Notes under the pieces: model-generated
Told to the model about the DNA's origin: nothing
Seen by the model: the letters and a program-made list of their open reading frames with translations, nothing else
Database searches by the model: none
Shown here: piece by piece, positions 27,897 through 32,000 of the stretch
How positions within the stretch are numbered: position 1 is the stretch's first letter
Layout of the letters: the number at the start of each line of letters is the position of its first letter
Translations under genes and position numbers: made by a program
Source of the DNA: Candidatus Heimdallarchaeota archaeon
Lineage (GTDB): Archaea; Asgardarchaeota; Heimdallarchaeia; Heimdallarchaeales; Heimdallarchaeaceae
Reading direction: 5' to 3'
Assembly: GCA_030668875.1 (NCBI GenBank)
Contig: DAOVER010000016.1
Span: 34,098 to 66,097, forward strand
DNA: 32,000 bases

Positions 27897-29585
27897 GTGT
27901 TTAAAATACTATTCTCTTTCATTTACTTGAAGAAAAATCATCCTTTAAGGGAGAGTGTACTAGAATCTAGTAAACTTTTTTGTAATTATTCAGCTTCAGA
28001 TTCTGATTTGATAGAATCAGCAAGAAAGTTACTAAAAATTTCAAAAAACCATCAGCTAAAGGACGAAGAATTGTTTACAATAAAATCTACAGTAGATTGT
28101 ATTGAAGTTTTTCTAAGGGATTATGACTTTAAGAGATTTGATGAAATTTGTGCAAAAGCAAAGACTGGAGGATATCTTGAAAGTTATGTTGATTTATTAC
28201 TCTTAAAGGGTTTCATTCTATGTTCTTCCAGTATGTCTGGAATAAATCGTGCTTTTAGAATAAGAGAAAAAGAGAAAATTTTTACTTCATTGAATGAAAT
28301 TGGTGTGGAAGAGAACATCTATCTAGACTTAATATATGGGAAGTATCTCTTCATCAAGGGAGATGAGAAACAAGCTGCAATACTTTATGAAAAACTAAAA
28401 AACAAAATTGATCAGGATGATTGTGCTGCTAAAGTTATTCTCTTGAATCTTCTCTTCTGTATATACGAGCGAGATCCTACCAAACAGCTTGCTATTATAC
28501 AAGAAGGTTTGAATGGAACTTGCTTCTATTGGAATTTCGTTATTCAATATATTGACTTTTTAACACAAAGAGGAAGATATGTTGAACTAATAAACGAAGG
28601 TTCTATTTTTTTGCATAAACTAAATGAAAACAATGAAGAAAATAGAATTCCTAATGAACTTAATATTTTGGACCATATGATAAAAGCATCCTTTAAATTG
28701 AATGAGCAAGATAAATTGCATAATTATTGTCATCAATTTAGGAAATCTCTAGACACACTTCCCGAGGATGATCATGGTATGAAAAAAAATTACGCGTTTC
28801 TTCAATTCACACATGAGGTTTTATATCAAGTACTTTTTGAAGAGGAATTACTAATTGATTTGAGTGAAAAAACTATCCTCAATTATAGCACAAATCATTA
28901 TCTGAAAATGTTGAGGTCATTTCTTATCCTGAACCCATTAATAAGTAGGTTGATACAAGATAATGAATTTGATCAAGCTTTTACTTATATAAACAATATC
29001 GAAAGAGGAAAAGGTTATTCTAGCTCTACTGATGATTTATTAACTTTCATTAAAAATTTCTTTCTTTCACTTCTTATTGATAAATCACTAAAATGGAAGA
29101 AGTACAACAGTAAAAACTATGAAGGGGATCAGACTGAAGTAGCGTTAACCTATTTAGAAGAAGCTGTTGCATATCTGGGTGAACTTGATTATTCATTCAA
29201 AATAGCATCTATTCTTCAAGAAATTATCTTGAAATCTAGATTAGGTAGATTAGACGAAGTAAAAGAAACAGTTTTAGATGAAATACTGCTAACTGAAGGT
29301 TATGATCGTATACTTTCATTGATGGTATCACTGCTATACTATTCGGGTAAAGAGGAGATAGATAAATATCGGCAAATCAAAGAGATATTACTCTACGAAC
29401 TTGACAAATATAGAAACTTGAATTCTTATACTACATGGAAAAAACATCTAAGTGATATCTTTTCATTCTTAGATGTCAAAGACAAAGTTCTCTCTACAAA
29501 GAAAACATCATTTTTAGATATAGAACAAATCAAATCCTATACATCTTTCTTACAAAATCAGCTTAACAAACAACTGATTCAGTAA
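27897..29585 (+). CDS. Alpha-helical repeat (TPR-like) protein
   Basis: About 560 aa of amphipathic helices with TPR-like segments (YGKYLFIKGDEKQAAILYEKL; ALTYLEEA); no catalytic motif recognised; start uncertain (TTG 27894, GTG 27897, or out-of-frame ATG 27884). Confidence 0.6.
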   Translation: MFKILFSFIYLKKNHPLRESVLESSKLFCNYSASDSDLIESARKLLKISKNHQLKDEELFTIKSTVDCIEVFLRDYDFKRFDEICAKAKTGGYLESYVDLLLLKGFILCSSSMSGINRAFRIREKEKIFTSLNEIGVEENIYLDLIYGKYLFIKGDEKQAAILYEKLKNKIDQDDCAAKVILLNLLFCIYERDPTKQLAIIQEGLNGTCFYWNFVIQYIDFLTQRGRYVELINEGSIFLHKLNENNEENRIPNELNILDHMIKASFKLNEQDKLHNYCHQFRKSLDTLPEDDHGMKKNYAFLQFTHEVLYQVLFEEELLIDLSEKTILNYSTNHYLKMLRSFLILNPLISRLIQDNEFDQAFTYINNIERGKGYSSSTDDLLTFIKNFFLSLLIDKSLKWKKYNSKNYEGDQTEVALTYLEEAVAYLGELDYSFKIASILQEIILKSRLGRLDEVKETVLDEILLTEGYDRILSLMVSLLYYSGKEEIDKYRQIKEILLYELDKYRNLNSYTTWKKHLSDIFSFLDVKDKVLSTKKTSFLDIEQIKSYTSFLQNQLNKQLIQ

Positions 29586-29833
29586 GAGCAAATAAGTTTT
29601 CACAGATTTTTCTTTTAAAAACTATATAAAGATGAAACAAAAATTTTCAAATAAGCGAAATTTAGTGGTTTTTTTAGCAAAGAATTATTTTGCCACTTTT
29701 TTTGTATGTTCTTTTTAAAACCCTTTTTTGATATTTATATCTCTTTGAGAATTGTTGTATAGTTCTCTCAGCCTCTTCTAAGGAAGATAGTTGGAGAGGA
29801 CCATAAATGAATAAACAATAAAAAACAAAAAAA

Positions 29834-31975
29834 GTGAAAAAAATGAAAAACGCGAAAAAAACAATTGTCCTCGTAACGTTTTTTATTACAATTTTTTTAG
29901 CAAGTAATATTTCTAATGTTATGAGTTTTAGTTTTGAACCAGAACCCCCTCCAGATGATCCTCCTCCTACCCCCCCACCCCCCGCAGATACAACAAACCC
30001 ATCTATAACAATCACTTCACCTGGAAATGGAGCTATTTTATATGAAACAACGACTATAAAAGCTACAGCTACAGATAATGTTGGAATTCTTCAAGTTACG
30101 TTTAGCATGGATGGCAACCAGCTAGGTTATGATACATCATCACCTTATGAAGTTACTTTTAATGCGATAAACTATGACGAGGGATATCATACAATTACTG
30201 CATTAGCTATTGATACAAGCTATAATACTAAATCTAGTAGTATTACAGTACAAATCAAGAGACCATTTGCACTAGAAGTAGAGAGAAATGACTTCACCTA
30301 CACAGACGATTACTTTAAACAATTGTGGTTATTAGATTTATGCAATTGGGATACAGTAAATTACAACTATCATGCTAGAAGTTGTGATGATGGTATTGTA
30401 GAGATAAGTGAAGTTTCTGGTAAAGCTGGATCTTCAGCATATGTTTCTGGTGCTCTCGATCTGAGTAGTTGGACTGGAATAGGTGATTTGAATTTAGAAA
30501 TAAAGGTTCGAGTCCAAAGTAGCTATTGTGGATCTTCCTCTGTTACTCAGCTTCGCTTAGGAATAGTTACGTGGGGCGAAAGTCCAGTAACTAAATGGTC
30601 CTATTATGAAAAATTTACTTACACTAAAGATACAGGCTGGATTGTAAAACAAATAACTATCCCTGAAGAAAATCTAATCTCATATGGAGGTTATTACAGA
30701 TTCTACTGGGGATTCTATGATAGTTGGTCTCATGATTGGAATCAAAAAGTGAGTATAGACTATCTAAAGGTGACTGGTGATGCTTATCCTGAGGCTACAT
30801 TGATTCGTGCTCAAGAAGCTGTGACAACAAAACCTCAAGTGAATGCATTTATGATAGAACCTGAATTTGATCATGATAGAGTAGATATTGGTTATAGCAC
30901 CAAAGTTTCTGGAATTGATACTCTTGGATTTGGATATGTAGATGAACCACTAATTGAATCAGCTATTCAGATTGTACTTGATCCCGATGAAGACAAAAAT
31001 GCTGCTCACTATCGTTACAATTTAGTTGATTTTGTGATGATTACAATACAAATTGAAAATGTCATATCCGGAAATCTATATGAACCTCGATTAGAGGGAG
31101 TATGGACTAATGAGGTAAACGAAGTTGAAGGAGATATGGCAGAGTTGGATACATTTTGGGACGTGGTAGGTCTTATTGGAACATATGTAGCAGCTGCTGC
31201 GGGCATTATATGTTTAATTCCTGGAGGGCAAATTGCGGCTCCTGTTGCTGCCGTTGGAGGTATTGTTTCAGGACTAGCCGCTTTGGGTGGTGCTATCACC
31301 GATTATGCAACGAAGGAATATGAGACGTATACTCTGACCACAGTTTATGATCCTACTGCCAAAAAGACTTATGTAAAAATTGATTTCAATGAACCTAAAC
31401 TTGGTTCTACAGATTTAAAACTTAAACTTGCAGTTAGACCAATTTTTGATTTCATAAATAACAGAAATACCTATTACAGAGTTAAAATTGATTATGATGT
31501 AGGGCTTAAACATGTCCAACATAGAATTAACAAAGAAACAGACTTTGCTCCAATTTCCTATTCTGAATGTTTTGATTATATTACCTATGATACTACACAA
31601 GACAATGTAAGGATTGTTGATAAAAATAGTTGTACCTTTTTAGATGGTACGCTAATGGATTTTTATTTCAATGCCCCAGTTAGTTTGTCAGGCGATCCAG
31701 GTGATTATGTTCTTGAAACTGTTAACGGTCCTCAATGGTATCTAGTTGTAGGTTCATCTGGAAACTCAGTATATTTAGATGCACCAGATCAATTTACATA
31801 CTCAATTTTGTTTGTAGATCATCTTTTCCAATTTGAAAAAATAGAAATGAGATACTGGCAACCGACTGTACTTCAATTGAATCCGATTAGTTATGCCTCA
31901 AATCAAATAAACAGAATTTTAGAAATTAATGTTCTGTTCTATCAATTTAGAATAGAATACAATCAGATAACTTAA
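29834..31975 (+). CDS. Secreted protein: signal peptide, Pro-rich linker, bacterial Ig-like (Big) domain, beta-rich domains, Gly/Ala-rich hydrophobic hairpin
   Basis: PEPPPDDPPPTPPPPA; DTTNPSITITSPGNG...ATATDNVGILQVTF..DG...YDEGYHTITALAID is a typical Big domain; DVVGLIGTYVAAAAGIICLIPGGQIAAPVAAVGGIVSGLAALGGAIT; no C-terminal anchor. Confidence 0.72.
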   Translation: MKKMKNAKKTIVLVTFFITIFLASNISNVMSFSFEPEPPPDDPPPTPPPPADTTNPSITITSPGNGAILYETTTIKATATDNVGILQVTFSMDGNQLGYDTSSPYEVTFNAINYDEGYHTITALAIDTSYNTKSSSITVQIKRPFALEVERNDFTYTDDYFKQLWLLDLCNWDTVNYNYHARSCDDGIVEISEVSGKAGSSAYVSGALDLSSWTGIGDLNLEIKVRVQSSYCGSSSVTQLRLGIVTWGESPVTKWSYYEKFTYTKDTGWIVKQITIPEENLISYGGYYRFYWGFYDSWSHDWNQKVSIDYLKVTGDAYPEATLIRAQEAVTTKPQVNAFMIEPEFDHDRVDIGYSTKVSGIDTLGFGYVDEPLIESAIQIVLDPDEDKNAAHYRYNLVDFVMITIQIENVISGNLYEPRLEGVWTNEVNEVEGDMAELDTFWDVVGLIGTYVAAAAGIICLIPGGQIAAPVAAVGGIVSGLAALGGAITDYATKEYETYTLTTVYDPTAKKTYVKIDFNEPKLGSTDLKLKLAVRPIFDFINNRNTYYRVKIDYDVGLKHVQHRINKETDFAPISYSECFDYITYDTTQDNVRIVDKNSCTFLDGTLMDFYFNAPVSLSGDPGDYVLETVNGPQWYLVVGSSGNSVYLDAPDQFTYSILFVDHLFQFEKIEMRYWQPTVLQLNPISYASNQINRILEINVLFYQFRIEYNQIT

Positions 31976-31979
31976 CATC

Positions 31980-32000
31980 CTTTTTCTTCTTCCTTTTTTT
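31980..32000 (+). terminator. Oligo-T tract, possible archaeal intrinsic terminator
   Basis: Pyrimidine/T-rich run immediately after the stop at 31975; cut by the window edge. Confidence 0.4.

Noticed and set aside
29674-30015. Minus-strand 113-aa ORF with a poly-Gly tract
   Set aside because: Antisense shadow of the Pro-rich linker and signal peptide of the 713-aa gene
23075-31600. Short track ORFs 23075-23296, 23714-23899, 25702-25908, 26088-26324, 26634-26843, 31015-31299, 31415-31600
   Set aside because: Antisense shadows of the operon genes and the Ig-domain gene

Overview
AT-rich (roughly 30% GC by eye) prokaryotic DNA with archaeal signatures: TTAATATA boxes about 22 nt upstream of ATGs, AGGTG/GAGGT Shine-Dalgarno motifs, and NosD/beta-helix surface proteins with C-terminal anchors. 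An Asgard (Heimdallarchaeia-like) origin is my inference, not shown. No rRNA, tRNA, CRISPR array, integrase or transposase was recognised. Layout: (1) 0.1-3.3 kb, a damaged GAF-PAS-PAS histidine kinase and a DUF438/hemerythrin/PAS gene. (2) 3.5-10.9 kb, an old tandem duplication of [SDR - beta-propeller-like surface protein - HGSNAT/DUF1624 acyltransferase], with copy 1 decaying. (3) 11.3-13.3 kb, a secreted protein with a clan CD (caspase/CHAT-like) His-Cys motif, a poly-Gly linker and a hydrophobic C-terminal domain, followed by a membrane protein (toxin/immunity-like pair). (4) 14-17 kb, an ArsB/NhaD permease and gene remnants. (5) 17.4-19.2 kb, a toxin-antitoxin island. (6) 19.3-22.4 kb, an M50 peptidase pseudogene and a NosD gene flanked by a 58-bp direct repeat. 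(7) 22.5-29.6 kb, the best candidate for an undescribed system: an operon of ABC exporter, AbrB/wHTH protein, MinD/ParA ATPase, radical SAM/SPASM enzyme, 62-aa Cys-containing peptide and TPR-like protein, resembling an archaeal RiPP cluster. (8) 29.8-32 kb, a secreted Ig-domain protein with a Gly/Ala-rich hydrophobic hairpin. All family assignments come from motif recognition only; no searches were run.
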